From assembly GCA_030668875.1 (NCBI GenBank), contig DAOVER010000005.1, forward strand, positions 26,597 to 90,596: a stretch of DNA of 64,000 nucleotides. Direction: 5' to 3'. This stretch comes from Candidatus Heimdallarchaeota archaeon (GTDB lineage Archaea; Asgardarchaeota; Heimdallarchaeia; Heimdallarchaeales; Heimdallarchaeaceae). Made by a program: the position numbers and the translations under genes. Below, one piece after another: positions 1 to 9,893 of this stretch. A model generated the notes under the pieces. That model did no database searches, had not been told where the DNA came from, and was given only the letters and a program-made list of their open reading frames with translations. Positions within the stretch are counted from its first letter, which is position 1. Every line of letters begins with the position of its first letter.

Positions 1-2
1 CT

Positions 3-1268
3 GGACAAAAATTTGGAACTTATAACTCAAAGCGAGAGAGTTTGGAGCAAGCTGGAGTAACAGTAGTTAATCATCAACATGACCTAATTGAAGCTGTCAA
101 AACAAAACTAGAGAGGTCATATTTTGATGTTGGGGGGTATTATAATAAAATGCAGAAGAAATGGGATGAAAAACCACCTGAAAAAACATGGGGTACTTTG
201 ATAACAAATGCCATGCCTAACAACTTGATAATAAGAGGTTACCCACTACAAGATATTATTGCAAAAAAAGGACTGTTAGAAACATCTTATCTTTTACAAG
301 TTGGAGAATTTCCAGATGTATCAACATTAGTTGAGCTAGAAAAAATAGCCATGGATGCAGCAAAACAACCGTTTGTAAACCAGAATGCAGTTCCCTCAAG
401 TCCAGATATCTCAAAGATGTTAGGAACTTATCTCTTGATTGATACTAGCCTATCTAACTACATTAGTTCGACTAGTGATATAGCGAAAATTGCTTCGTTT
501 AGTTTAGGAAGAATGTTACGGTATCTGGCAATACTCTTAGGAACCACAGATATGCTTGAGAATGCAAGTAATGAAAATACTTCTTTCAGAAAAATGATAT
601 ATCTTGGACTTGTTGGAGAAGAACAACCAGATTTATTAAAAGTGAAGTTACTTGAATCCTTGGTAACAGCTTGTGTTGATCACGGCATAACACCCCCATC
701 TGCTCAAGCAACATTGATATTAGCATCTACTCGTGCAAATTTTGAGGTAGCAATGTCTGCTGGTCTTCAAGCGATTACTGATGTTCATGGAGGAGCAGGG
801 CAAAAAGCTGCTGGTTTCTTCTTGTCTATAGCAAAGAAAGCTAAAGAAGAGAATATTGATCTTGATGAAGCAACATTTGAATTAATTCGTAATACAATCA
901 AAGCAGGTAAAAGAATAGAGGGTTTAGGTCACCGTATACATACTCAAGACCCTAGAAGAGATGTTCTTTGGCAACTTGCTGAGGAAGCAGGTTACGCAAA
1001 AGAATGTGTTGCTATTTCAAAAATAGTAAGCGATGTTTTCTACAGAGTAAGAGGTATGAATCTTCCCATCAATGTAGACGGAGTGATAGCTGCAATTGTT
1101 GCGGATATGAAATTAGATCCAAAACTAGCTAAGGCAATTTTCGTGTTTGGAAGAACAGCAGGATTGGCAGCCCATTACTACGAAGAAATTAGTACACAAC
1201 CGCAAATGAGACGACTAGCATTTGATAAAGCTGTATACAAAGGATCTTCTATACGAGAGGTAAAATAA
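3..1268 (+). CDS. ATP-citrate lyase alpha (AclA)-type protein, truncated at its 5' end by the window edge. The tail of a CoA-ligase-alpha-like domain is fused to a citrate-synthase/citryl-CoA-lyase-like domain.
   Basis: The frame is open from nt 3. The first residues GQKFGTYNSKRESLEQAGVTVV look like the C-terminus of succinyl-CoA synthetase alpha-type domains. Downstream, GLGHRIHTQDPRRDVL is the citrate-synthase-family His/DPR motif. Confidence 0.6.
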   Translation, partial: GQKFGTYNSKRESLEQAGVTVVNHQHDLIEAVKTKLERSYFDVGGYYNKMQKKWDEKPPEKTWGTLITNAMPNNLIIRGYPLQDIIAKKGLLETSYLLQVGEFPDVSTLVELEKIAMDAAKQPFVNQNAVPSSPDISKMLGTYLLIDTSLSNYISSTSDIAKIASFSLGRMLRYLAILLGTTDMLENASNENTSFRKMIYLGLVGEEQPDLLKVKLLESLVTACVDHGITPPSAQATLILASTRANFEVAMSAGLQAITDVHGGAGQKAAGFFLSIAKKAKEENIDLDEATFELIRNTIKAGKRIEGLGHRIHTQDPRRDVLWQLAEEAGYAKECVAISKIVSDVFYRVRGMNLPINVDGVIAAIVADMKLDPKLAKAIFVFGRTAGLAAHYYEEISTQPQMRRLAFDKAVYKGSSIREVK

Positions 1269-1283
1269 CAACTCTAAACCTAA

Positions 1284-2129
1284 TTGAAGATGTCATCATC
1301 TTCAATTAAAAACAACTTGTTGGAGATAAGAATGAAAGCTTTAGCATTTGAAATAATCGGGAGTATTTTGATTATAAGAGATTCAGCTAATGATAGAGAT
1401 CTAAAAGAATTTGCGGAAAAAAAGATGAAGAGACATCCATATATCCAGACAGTTATGTTACAAACCTCAAAAATCCAAGGTCAGAAGAGAACTCGAGAGC
1501 TGAAATTTCTTCTTGGGAATAAAAACTTTGAAACAATTCACAGAGAACATGGTAATCAATACATACTCAACCCCCTAGACACCTTTTTTTCACCTAGATT
1601 AAGCTTCGAAAGACAGAGAATAGCTGGTCTAGTCAAAGAAAGCGAAGTAATTCTTAATTTCTTTGCGGGGGTTGGACCCTTCAGTATTGCAATTGCCAAA
1701 AAACAACCAAATTGCTTAATTCACAGTATCGAAATAAATAAAAAATCATGCAATTACATGCGAAAAAATATTGAACTAAATAATTGTGAAGACAATATTA
1801 TTGTCTATTGTGGAGATGTTTTTGATATTGCTCCTCACAGATTTCTAAATTCTTCAAATAGAGTGATACTTCCGCTTCCCCTTGAATCAAAACGTTCCTT
1901 ACCTTTGGCTTTTAAATGCTTAAAAGATGGTAAGGGTACTATTCACTGGCAAATAACAGATCATTTGAGTTCAAAGGTTGTCGACTTGAATGTAGTAGCC
2001 ACAAGTATAGAGGAGATATTTGCAAGAGAGAAAATTTCAACCGAACATAGTATTAGTGAGCATCGTGTTGTTAGATGGATTGCTCCTCATATTGCACACA
2101 TTGCAATAGATATTGAGTTAGGACAATGA
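1284..2129 (+). CDS. Trm5/Tyw2 (Met-10+) family tRNA methyltransferase
   Basis: NFFAGVGPFSIAIAKK is the SAM-binding motif. It is followed by IEINKKSCNYMRKNIELNN and NRVILPLP, the typical Trm5/Taw2 layout. An ATG at 1290 is an alternative start. Confidence 0.65.
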   Translation: MKMSSSSIKNNLLEIRMKALAFEIIGSILIIRDSANDRDLKEFAEKKMKRHPYIQTVMLQTSKIQGQKRTRELKFLLGNKNFETIHREHGNQYILNPLDTFFSPRLSFERQRIAGLVKESEVILNFFAGVGPFSIAIAKKQPNCLIHSIEINKKSCNYMRKNIELNNCEDNIIVYCGDVFDIAPHRFLNSSNRVILPLPLESKRSLPLAFKCLKDGKGTIHWQITDHLSSKVVDLNVVATSIEEIFAREKISTEHSISEHRVVRWIAPHIAHIAIDIELGQ

Positions 2130-2540
2130 AAATTCGCTTACGTAATCAGCAATCTGAACTAGTTCTTCAATAAGCTCTTCACTTGTAAAAATAATTTCAT
2201 TTTTTGATTTTATTTGTTCTATTATTTTGATAAAATCTTTTATTGAAACTTGACTAAAATTCAGAAAAAGATCAATGTTAGCTACTAATATTGTCCAATT
2301 GTTGGTTGAAAACAAGCTCTTCAAGGCAGCTAACCCAAGTTTCATAATTTCTGTTTTATTAATAATCCGGATCTGGAAATGGGTGTGTTCCTCTAGGCTC
2401 TTAATCCAACTGTAACTATCATTGAAAATAATAAGTATGGTTTCAAGAGAGTGCCCTTCTGACCTAATAATTGTACCTAAGCCTGTTTCAAAAGCCTTTA
2501 TCTTATCTCCAAAATAGAAATGAACTAAACCTGGCATCAA
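2118..2540 (-). CDS. hypothetical protein (140 aa)
   Basis: Intact ORF, last gene of a same-strand run with 2559..3911 and 3911..4924. No recognisable motif. Confidence 0.5.
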   Translation of the reverse strand: MMPGLVHFYFGDKIKAFETGLGTIIRSEGHSLETILIIFNDSYSWIKSLEEHTHFQIRIINKTEIMKLGLAALKSLFSTNNWTILVANIDLFLNFSQVSIKDFIKIIEQIKSKNEIIFTSEELIEELVQIADYVSEFSLS

Positions 2541-2558
2541 TCATTCCATCTTAAAAAT

Positions 2559-3911
2559 CTATTTTTTAATTTTCTTAATATATCTCCTATAACCATCTAA
2601 TGTGTCTTCAATTCTTAGAACATGTTTTTCTGCCTTAATTCTGAGTTCTTGCCATTCATCTTCATCAATCTTTTCAGAATTCAACGCTTGTTCGAGTTGT
2701 TGAATGCGTTCCAAGGCTTTTTGTCTCTTCGATTCTAAATGGGTGATAATATTCTGTATATCTTCAGATTGTACAGGAGATTTCTCCGTTTCACCTGATT
2801 CTGCTTCAATCATTTTTGTTAGAGCGGATTTTTCTTCTGGTTCAATATCTTTTTCCTCGGAAACATGAGCTATTGTTCTTTTGATAGATGAAACGAATTG
2901 TGCAGCATCTTCTTCTTCCGGTGCGGAAAGAACGCCACCTAAACGCGACACTGAAGCTCTAAAAGCATGTACTTCTTCCAGTTCTTCGTCTGTAAGTCCT
3001 TCATCAATTATCATTTCTTGTTCTGTCACAGAGGGGGAGTCATCGCCTAAGGTCAGTAATTTTTCAGTCAATGGTGATATTACGGAATCGTCCCCAGGAT
3101 CTAGGGCTGTTAAGAGACTAGCCAGTTTCTTTAGAGATTCTTGCTCAGATTCCAGAGTTTGTATAAATGGTTCTTGTTTGAATTCATACTGGGAAGCCAG
3201 TTCTATTCCTTCAATCAATTCTTTCGCGTCTGATGAAACATCTTCCTTTTCCTTAATTACAATTTCACCCTTCACTTCTGGCTCAGTTTCTATTTCAGTA
3301 GTATCAAGCTCCTCATCCGCATCTTCTTCTTTCATTTCTTCATCGAAAATCTCAATTTCAGATGGGATTACTTTTATTTCTTCTTCCTTTTCTTTATCAT
3401 CAATTTCAGGAATAACTTCAACTTTTTCAACTTCTTTCTCTGTTACTGTTTCCTCTTCGATGACTTCACCTTTTGGCAATTTTGATGTTTTTGACTTGAT
3501 TTTCTTTATTTCTTCATTTAAAGAATGGAAACTCAATTCCAAAGACTCAAGTTTCGCATTCAAATATTGGAGTGCATCATTATCAACAGCTGCAGATCGT
3601 TGATATTCAATCTGCAACATATTAGCATGAGTTATGACATTGTAAACTGTATCTGTCATTTCAGGTAATTCGCGGAACCAAGGCCCTGCACTATCAAATT
3701 TTAGTAATACATCCTTTGCTTTTTGAAAATGTTTCTCATATTCTTCTTGTTGTTCAAGGGGCAGAAATGATTTTGCAAAAGAGGTTAAAGTTGCAAGATT
3801 TGTTATCAAGTGTGCTTTGACGTTTTCTTCCTCATCAGGATTGTATTCCCCCTTCAGGACACCCCAAAACATCTTTTTTATTTCTTCAATGGCTTCTTCA
3901 AGATTCATCAT
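2559..3911 (-). CDS. hypothetical, highly acidic coiled-coil protein (450 aa)
   Basis: Long ORF with E/D/K-rich low-complexity central region and heptad-like termini. Its start overlaps the stop of the upstream gene at 3911. Confidence 0.6.
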   Translation of the reverse strand: MMNLEEAIEEIKKMFWGVLKGEYNPDEEENVKAHLITNLATLTSFAKSFLPLEQQEEYEKHFQKAKDVLLKFDSAGPWFRELPEMTDTVYNVITHANMLQIEYQRSAAVDNDALQYLNAKLESLELSFHSLNEEIKKIKSKTSKLPKGEVIEEETVTEKEVEKVEVIPEIDDKEKEEEIKVIPSEIEIFDEEMKEEDADEELDTTEIETEPEVKGEIVIKEKEDVSSDAKELIEGIELASQYEFKQEPFIQTLESEQESLKKLASLLTALDPGDDSVISPLTEKLLTLGDDSPSVTEQEMIIDEGLTDEELEEVHAFRASVSRLGGVLSAPEEEDAAQFVSSIKRTIAHVSEEKDIEPEEKSALTKMIEAESGETEKSPVQSEDIQNIITHLESKRQKALERIQQLEQALNSEKIDEDEWQELRIKAEKHVLRIEDTLDGYRRYIKKIKK

Positions 3912-4924
3912 TAAAACCCTAAATTAATAGTTCTTCGCTTTGTAAAATCTGGAGGAAGAGATGGTTCTATAAAAACTGCTTCAGCACTTAAGTCCTCTCT
4001 CATTTGATTAACAGATTCTAGTTTGTCAGCTGATGAAACATTCCAGAAATACAAAGAATATTTCATACCAGAACTTGAATAATCCTTGAGAACTTCAAGT
4101 GATGAAAGTATTTGTTGATACTCTGGTGTTCCTCGTGAAGGGAAGGATTCACTCCAAGGGTTAACATGAATAACGAAATTGTTTGTTACTTTAGCCAATT
4201 CAGTAATATTTTGCCCAAAATACTCATCAGCTCCAACAAGAAAACCTGTCTCTTTATCAGTCTTTACTGTAATTGCAATATCAATGTTTTTTAGATTCTT
4301 TATTGAGTCTGTTATTTCCCTTAAAGTTTGATTTATGTAAGTTGCCCGCGATTCCTTCCACTCTGCTAATAAGTCTCTAGATTCAAGGAAATCTGAACTA
4401 AAATCTCGTTCCACATTCCATTTAGCAGCAAAAATTCTGCGACATCGGTCACAAAAACAAGTTTCTTTGCTTGGAAACATTAATCCATCAAGCACAAGAG
4501 ATTCGATTGGATATTGCGCAACTTCTAGAGCAATTGATGCAATATATTTACTGAAATGCTCCTGACTTGGGCATGCATATGATGGCACAACTCCACCCTC
4601 GCTACTAATGATTCGAAAATCTGCATTTTGTGATAGAAAATTATCTTCATGATTGTAAATGAATGCGTTAACTTTGATCCCCATGTTATCTGCTATTGTG
4701 CAGAAGGAGTGGAAGAACACACCATTGAATTTATCTTTAGGAGCACTGTTGCTCTGGTAAAAAGTGAAACCAGACCTTCCTTTTGCAACTAAAGCAATTG
4801 TATCTAAAATATGACCATAATGATCAAGAAAATCATCAGGGTTTGTGTCAATGATAGTAGGATTAACAACCAGTATTGCTCCGCTTTCAAGTATTTCCTG
4901 AATAATGTCTGCCAAAGTAATCAC
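3911..4924 (-). CDS. hypothetical protein, possibly a glycoside-hydrolase-like TIM barrel (GHL/DUF187-like)
   Basis: The LVLDGLMFPSKETCFCDRCRRIF segment resembles the C-x-C-x2-C region I associate with hypothetical glycoside-hydrolase-like families. This is weak recognition only. Confidence 0.3.
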   Translation of the reverse strand: MITLADIIQEILESGAILVVNPTIIDTNPDDFLDHYGHILDTIALVAKGRSGFTFYQSNSAPKDKFNGVFFHSFCTIADNMGIKVNAFIYNHEDNFLSQNADFRIISSEGGVVPSYACPSQEHFSKYIASIALEVAQYPIESLVLDGLMFPSKETCFCDRCRRIFAAKWNVERDFSSDFLESRDLLAEWKESRATYINQTLREITDSIKNLKNIDIAITVKTDKETGFLVGADEYFGQNITELAKVTNNFVIHVNPWSESFPSRGTPEYQQILSSLEVLKDYSSSGMKYSLYFWNVSSADKLESVNQMREDLSAEAVFIEPSLPPDFTKRRTINLGF

Positions 4925-5003
4925 ATTGATATTTTATTTAATATGATAAACGATTTTTCCTTATTAAACGTTTGTTCAAAGGCCTCGATCTTACCTTCAG
5001 TTC

Positions 5004-5441
5004 TTACTGTAGGTTCAAGAGATTAAGATTGAATTCCTCATCTTTTTTTCTAGTTATTGTAGAATTAATTTCGAAGATTGTAAACTCACCTGTGACACTA
5101 ATGATTGTACCAGGAAGTACGTGACCTCCAAATGTATTTCCCTTGATATCGCCTATAATCATATGAATGTGGGGGATATAGTCATTTGTTTCTTCATTTT
5201 TTGAGATATTACCAGTACAGCATAAAACCTCAGCATTGAAATCGAATTTATTTTCTAAATATGTTTTTTTATCCAGATCATAATATCCAAGTGATGCCGT
5301 GCTTACCGCACCTAAGCCATAGATTGCCCCAGAAGTGAGATTTTTTTCTTTGCAATATTCAATAACGCTTTTTAACACATCTTCACCCCTCATTAAACGT
5401 AAGAAGTGAACACCCTTCAATTCATCAAATTTTGATTGCAT
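5004..5441 (-). CDS. PPC/DUF296 domain protein (putative DNA-binding)
   Basis: LRLMRGEDVLKSVIEYCKEKNLTSGAIYGLGAV ... PHIHMIIGD ... GGHVLPG matches the PPC (DUF296) pattern. Confidence 0.6.
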   Translation of the reverse strand: MQSKFDELKGVHFLRLMRGEDVLKSVIEYCKEKNLTSGAIYGLGAVSTASLGYYDLDKKTYLENKFDFNAEVLCCTGNISKNEETNDYIPHIHMIIGDIKGNTFGGHVLPGTIISVTGEFTIFEINSTITRKKDEEFNLNLLNLQ

Positions 5442-5629
5442 AATCTATCACCAGTTTGTCATTAAATGTTTTTAAATTATATATTATTCTTAAGCTACTT
5501 ATACAAAAATGTTCTAGTAAATCAAAAAGAGAAGAAAATATTTGGGAATCTTAACCATTTAACAACAAATATTATATTTGTATGTTTTAATATCCCTCAA
5601 ATAATAATAATTTTAGAGTTATTGATATT

Positions 5630-8368
5630 ATGAATTCCAATCTTACTAAATTTCTATCTGAAAATTCAAAAAAAGACAACCCGAATATTCAGAATCAGAC
5701 TAATAAAGTTAATAATAGTAATTTTCCAGATGATGAAGAGGATAATCATATGTTTATTGCAAATCATGGAAAACAAACTCTTGAGGATAAAGGGAAGGAT
5801 TACATTCAAATTGCCCCTGACAACCTACCACCTTCAATTCTAATAGACGTAAAATATGATGGTAAGAATGAGCAAGCATATGCTAAATTGTTCAATCTTG
5901 AGGATGGAAGAGTTTACCGTTGGTATGACAATACAAACCATCTACCGTATCTATTAACAACTTTAAGCAAAACTCAAGTTGAAGCTCAATTAAAAAATGA
6001 GAAGGAATTCATAGGTTGTGAGATAGTAAAGAGACATAATTTGTTAAATGATAAAACCATAAATTTAACTAAGGTTCTAGCAACTAATCCTTTAGCAATT
6101 GGTGGTAAAAACAACAGTTACAGAGACCAACTGTCTCCCTCTTTTGAGTCCAATATTCGCTACCATCTTAACTATATTTATGACCGCCATTTAGTTCCAG
6201 GTACCTATTATAAAATTCAAAACGGGGAGTTGATAAGTGAGGAACCTACAATTAGTTTAGAAGTACAAGAAGGTATTCTTGAAATTTTTAAGGGACAATC
6301 ACAAGAAATTGCGAGATTAGTTAAACAAAACATGCCTCTATTCTTTGCACCTATTCCTAATATCAAACGTTGTTCTGTTGATATTGAACTTCATAGTGAA
6401 CCAAACAAAATCCCCGACCCAAATGCAGCGATTGAAAAGGTAATCTCAATAGGAATTTCAGATACTGATGGGGATACTTGTGTTTATGTGCTTAATGAAG
6501 AAGGTAAGCAAATTGACAAAATTAAAGCAATTAGTAAGTTCATTGAATTCAAGGACGAAGCTGAATTGCTTAAAGCAGTTTTCAAAAAAATTGGAGAATA
6601 TCCGGTTGTTATTACATTCAATGGAGACAATTTCGACTTTCTATATTTGGATAATAGAGCAAAAAAATTAAAAATAGAAGAAACTCTGATTCCTTTCATC
6701 AGAACAAGGACTCAAGACATCTATCTTTCTCATGCAGTTCATATTGATTTGTATCGATTCTTCAGACAACCAGCCATGAGAATTTACGCATTTGGGGGGG
6801 CTTATGAAAGAGTCACCCTAAACGAGCTAGGAAAATCACTTCTTGACAAAGAAAAAGTGAAACTAGATAAAAACATTTGGGATTTAGATTTAGAAGATTT
6901 AATTACATATAATGCACAAGACGCAGAAATAACTCTTGAATTAACTACATTTAGTAATAATCAAGCAATAGAACTCATATTTATGCTGTCCAGAATCACA
7001 AAGATGCCAATAGATGATTTCACAAGATCAAGTGTAAGCATTTGGATTCAGAACTGGATGTACTTTGAACACAGACTCCTAAATTATCTAATCCCAAGAA
7101 AGCAAGATATTCTACAACTGAAAGGTGATACATCTACGGAAGCAATTATCAAAGGTAAAAAGTATCAAGGAGCGATTGTAATCGAACCGCAAGTGGGTGT
7201 ATGGTGGAATGTCTCTGTTTTAGATTTTGCATCACTTTATCCTTCAATTATTAAAACTCGTAATCTATCATATGAAACAATCAATTGTACCCATGCAGAA
7301 TGTAAAGGGAATAAAATTCCTGAGACAAGTCATTGGGTATGTAGCAAGAAGGCAGGTATAAGTTCCATGCTTGTTGGATTTATAAGAGATATTCGTGTTT
7401 ATTGGTTTAAAGATCGAGCAAAAGACCCAAGTTTAAGTGAAAGTGAGAGAAATCAAAGCAATGTGATTCAATCTTCATTAAAAGTTCTTCTCAACGCCTC
7501 ATATGGCGTATTTGGTTCGGATAATTTCGCCCTTTACTGTCCACCTGTAGCAGAATCAACTGCGGCTATAGCCAGAGAAGCTATTTCAAAAACCAAACAG
7601 TACTGTGAACAGAAATTAGGTTTAAAAGTTCTTTATGGCGATACTGACAGTATCTTTGTGCTTAAACCAACGGAAGATAACATAAAAGAACTAGAAAATT
7701 GGAGTATGAAAACTTTTCAAATTGAATTGGGAACAGATTATGTCTTTAGATACTGTGGTCTTTCAGATAGAAAAAAGAATTATTTTGGCATCACAACTAC
7801 AGGAAAACCCATAGTGAAAGGTTTAATGGGTAAAAAGAAAAATACGCCTATTCTTGCTAAACGCCCCTTTGAAAAGGCTCTAGAGATATTATCTGAGGTT
7901 CAGAATCCTGAGGAATTAGAGGTTGCTAAGAAACAAATCATAAAGATAACTAAGAAAGTTGTTCAAGAGATATCGAAGAGAGAATTTAATCTTGAGGATC
8001 TTGCTATCACTGTAACACTATCAAAAAAACTTGAACAATACGATAGTTGGACTCAACCTTTGCAAACAGCCATTCAGTTAATTGTCGCATTTCCAGAAGG
8101 TGAAAGACCATCAGTTGGGAGTTTTGTTAGTTTCATCAAAACCAAACCATTTAAAATTCAAGCAAATGACGTAAAACTGTCTGATAAAATTAACAAGAGT
8201 AGTGAGTGTTCAGTTAAGCCACTTCAATTAGCTAAGAAAATAGATGTAGATATACCTAAAATTAAAGAACTACTCAAAACAACATTAGTACAATTGTTTG
8301 ACACCATTGGAATTTCATGGGATGAGTCTGTCGAAGGACAAAAATCATTAGATAATTGGTTCAAATAG
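5630..8368 (+). CDS. polB: family B DNA polymerase
   Basis: Exonuclease motifs: VDIEL (ExoI), NGDNFDFLYL (ExoII) and YNAQDAEITLEL (ExoIII). Polymerase motifs: DFASLYPSII (A), KVLLNASYGVFG (B) and YGDTDS (C). Confidence 0.95.
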   Translation: MNSNLTKFLSENSKKDNPNIQNQTNKVNNSNFPDDEEDNHMFIANHGKQTLEDKGKDYIQIAPDNLPPSILIDVKYDGKNEQAYAKLFNLEDGRVYRWYDNTNHLPYLLTTLSKTQVEAQLKNEKEFIGCEIVKRHNLLNDKTINLTKVLATNPLAIGGKNNSYRDQLSPSFESNIRYHLNYIYDRHLVPGTYYKIQNGELISEEPTISLEVQEGILEIFKGQSQEIARLVKQNMPLFFAPIPNIKRCSVDIELHSEPNKIPDPNAAIEKVISIGISDTDGDTCVYVLNEEGKQIDKIKAISKFIEFKDEAELLKAVFKKIGEYPVVITFNGDNFDFLYLDNRAKKLKIEETLIPFIRTRTQDIYLSHAVHIDLYRFFRQPAMRIYAFGGAYERVTLNELGKSLLDKEKVKLDKNIWDLDLEDLITYNAQDAEITLELTTFSNNQAIELIFMLSRITKMPIDDFTRSSVSIWIQNWMYFEHRLLNYLIPRKQDILQLKGDTSTEAIIKGKKYQGAIVIEPQVGVWWNVSVLDFASLYPSIIKTRNLSYETINCTHAECKGNKIPETSHWVCSKKAGISSMLVGFIRDIRVYWFKDRAKDPSLSESERNQSNVIQSSLKVLLNASYGVFGSDNFALYCPPVAESTAAIAREAISKTKQYCEQKLGLKVLYGDTDSIFVLKPTEDNIKELENWSMKTFQIELGTDYVFRYCGLSDRKKNYFGITTTGKPIVKGLMGKKKNTPILAKRPFEKALEILSEVQNPEELEVAKKQIIKITKKVVQEISKREFNLEDLAITVTLSKKLEQYDSWTQPLQTAIQLIVAFPEGERPSVGSFVSFIKTKPFKIQANDVKLSDKINKSSECSVKPLQLAKKIDVDIPKIKELLKTTLVQLFDTIGISWDESVEGQKSLDNWFK

Positions 8369-8380
8369 AAGTTGATGTAG

Positions 8381-9094
8381 ATGTTAAGAACAACTATGAT
8401 AAGAATTTCGCAGAAATCGTTGAACATAGATACCTTAGATGAGTTTTACTCTTCTTTAGATGATGAATCTATAACAATTAAGCGTATTTTTGACCCACGA
8501 TATTCATTTTCAGGAGATGATCTCATCATAGAAGGGGATATCGATAAGGTTCTTACAAAACTTACACATGATTTACCCAAGGTTATTTCAGTTCGTTATA
8601 ATTTCGATGAATTTGAGGACCTCTTTGATCCTATAACAGCTCTCAATATTCAACATGGAGAAACTAAGATATACTTTGGAACAACTATGGTTGATTATGA
8701 AAACCTGTATGATAGATTACGCGTTAATGATAAGAAAAAGATATTTGCATTATTATTTAGAACACAACTTGGAAGCCAATTTATCTCACTTATGCCAGTA
8801 AAGATAAAGGGTGTTGTAGTAACGAATCTGTCAAATGGAAGTATTGAATTTATATTACCAACTCAAAGATTGGAAACTTTGAAAGTCTGGCTACAAAAAC
8901 TTATAGAAGTACGAACTGTGAATTTTGATACACTGGTTGATATTTACCGCGAAACTGACCCAGACATGAGAAGGAAAATGGAAGAAACAATGATTTGGGT
9001 CAACGGTCAATTACCGGATATTGTAGCGAAATCAACTGTTGTGGAAGATATTGACATAGTAAGAGCATACCAAAATACCTTAGCACTCATGTGA
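8381..9094 (+). CDS. hypothetical protein (237 aa), probably co-transcribed with polB
   Basis: Starts 13 nt after the polB stop on the same strand. No recognisable motif. Confidence 0.5.
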   Translation: MLRTTMIRISQKSLNIDTLDEFYSSLDDESITIKRIFDPRYSFSGDDLIIEGDIDKVLTKLTHDLPKVISVRYNFDEFEDLFDPITALNIQHGETKIYFGTTMVDYENLYDRLRVNDKKKIFALLFRTQLGSQFISLMPVKIKGVVVTNLSNGSIEFILPTQRLETLKVWLQKLIEVRTVNFDTLVDIYRETDPDMRRKMEETMIWVNGQLPDIVAKSTVVEDIDIVRAYQNTLALM

Positions 9095-9144
9095 CTTTTT
9101 TTCTTGGTTTCATTAAGACATAAAGAGTTAAAGTTAAAAATAAA

Positions 9145-9864
9145 GTGTTTTTATGCATTCAAGGAGAAAACAAAATGAAAAAGATGAAACTAATAATTCC
9201 ATTAATCTTAGTTGTAGTGTTACCTATTTTTGTCTTACCAACAGATGCTTTCATACCTGAAGATCAAGTTTTGATATTAGATCAACAATACTTCACAAGG
9301 GAAGCTGTTGAAGGAGAAAATATTACTATTGGAATTATTGTTAAGAATTTCTTTAATTACACAATTACAGACGTAAACATCTCATTAGACCTTACTGAAG
9401 AGGTCAACGCACTAAGATTTACTTCTTGTGATTTTGGTTCCCTCTCCAAGGAAAATGTTACTCTTAATTCAACAATGCAATCATCTGATGAAAACGAGTT
9501 CACTTCCACAAACATAACTTATGGTTATATGACAGAAAGTCATCTCACTTTCAATGTTTCACAGATATTGAATGGAACCCAAGCAATTTTTTATTATAAT
9601 GTGACTTCAGATGAAGATAGGTCAGCACAAGTTCCATATGTAAGAATGTCTTATTATGATAATTGGGAAGATCTTCAGGAAATTCAGAGTCAAAACCTAT
9701 TATTACTCAATTTCTTACCAGCTAATCCCCTAAAAGATCCAGTTTTACCCTGTTGGGAGTGTGGTGAATCCTTGCCAAATGTTTGGGGCTGGATTATTAT
9801 AGGGTTAGCACCAATATTATTTGGAGCTATAATTTCCTCTGTTTTATACATACGCAGAAGATAA
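9145..9864 (+). CDS. secreted, C-terminally membrane-anchored protein with many N-glycosylation sequons
   Basis: N-terminal signal-like segment KLIIPLILVVVLPIFVLP. C-terminal TM helix WGWIIIGLAPILFGAIISSVLYI followed by RRR. Multiple N-x-S/T sites. Confidence 0.55.
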   Translation: MFLCIQGENKMKKMKLIIPLILVVVLPIFVLPTDAFIPEDQVLILDQQYFTREAVEGENITIGIIVKNFFNYTITDVNISLDLTEEVNALRFTSCDFGSLSKENVTLNSTMQSSDENEFTSTNITYGYMTESHLTFNVSQILNGTQAIFYYNVTSDEDRSAQVPYVRMSYYDNWEDLQEIQSQNLLLLNFLPANPLKDPVLPCWECGESLPNVWGWIIIGLAPILFGAIISSVLYIRRR

Positions 9865-9893
9865 AGTGATCTTCTGAGTTCCTCTTCTATTTT

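Noticed and set aside
2881-3603. 240-aa Ser-rich ORF on the plus strand
   Set aside because: It lies entirely antisense to the acidic 450-aa gene. GAA/GAT-rich sense codons read as TTC/ATC/TCx on the other strand, giving an artefactual S/F/I-rich ORF.
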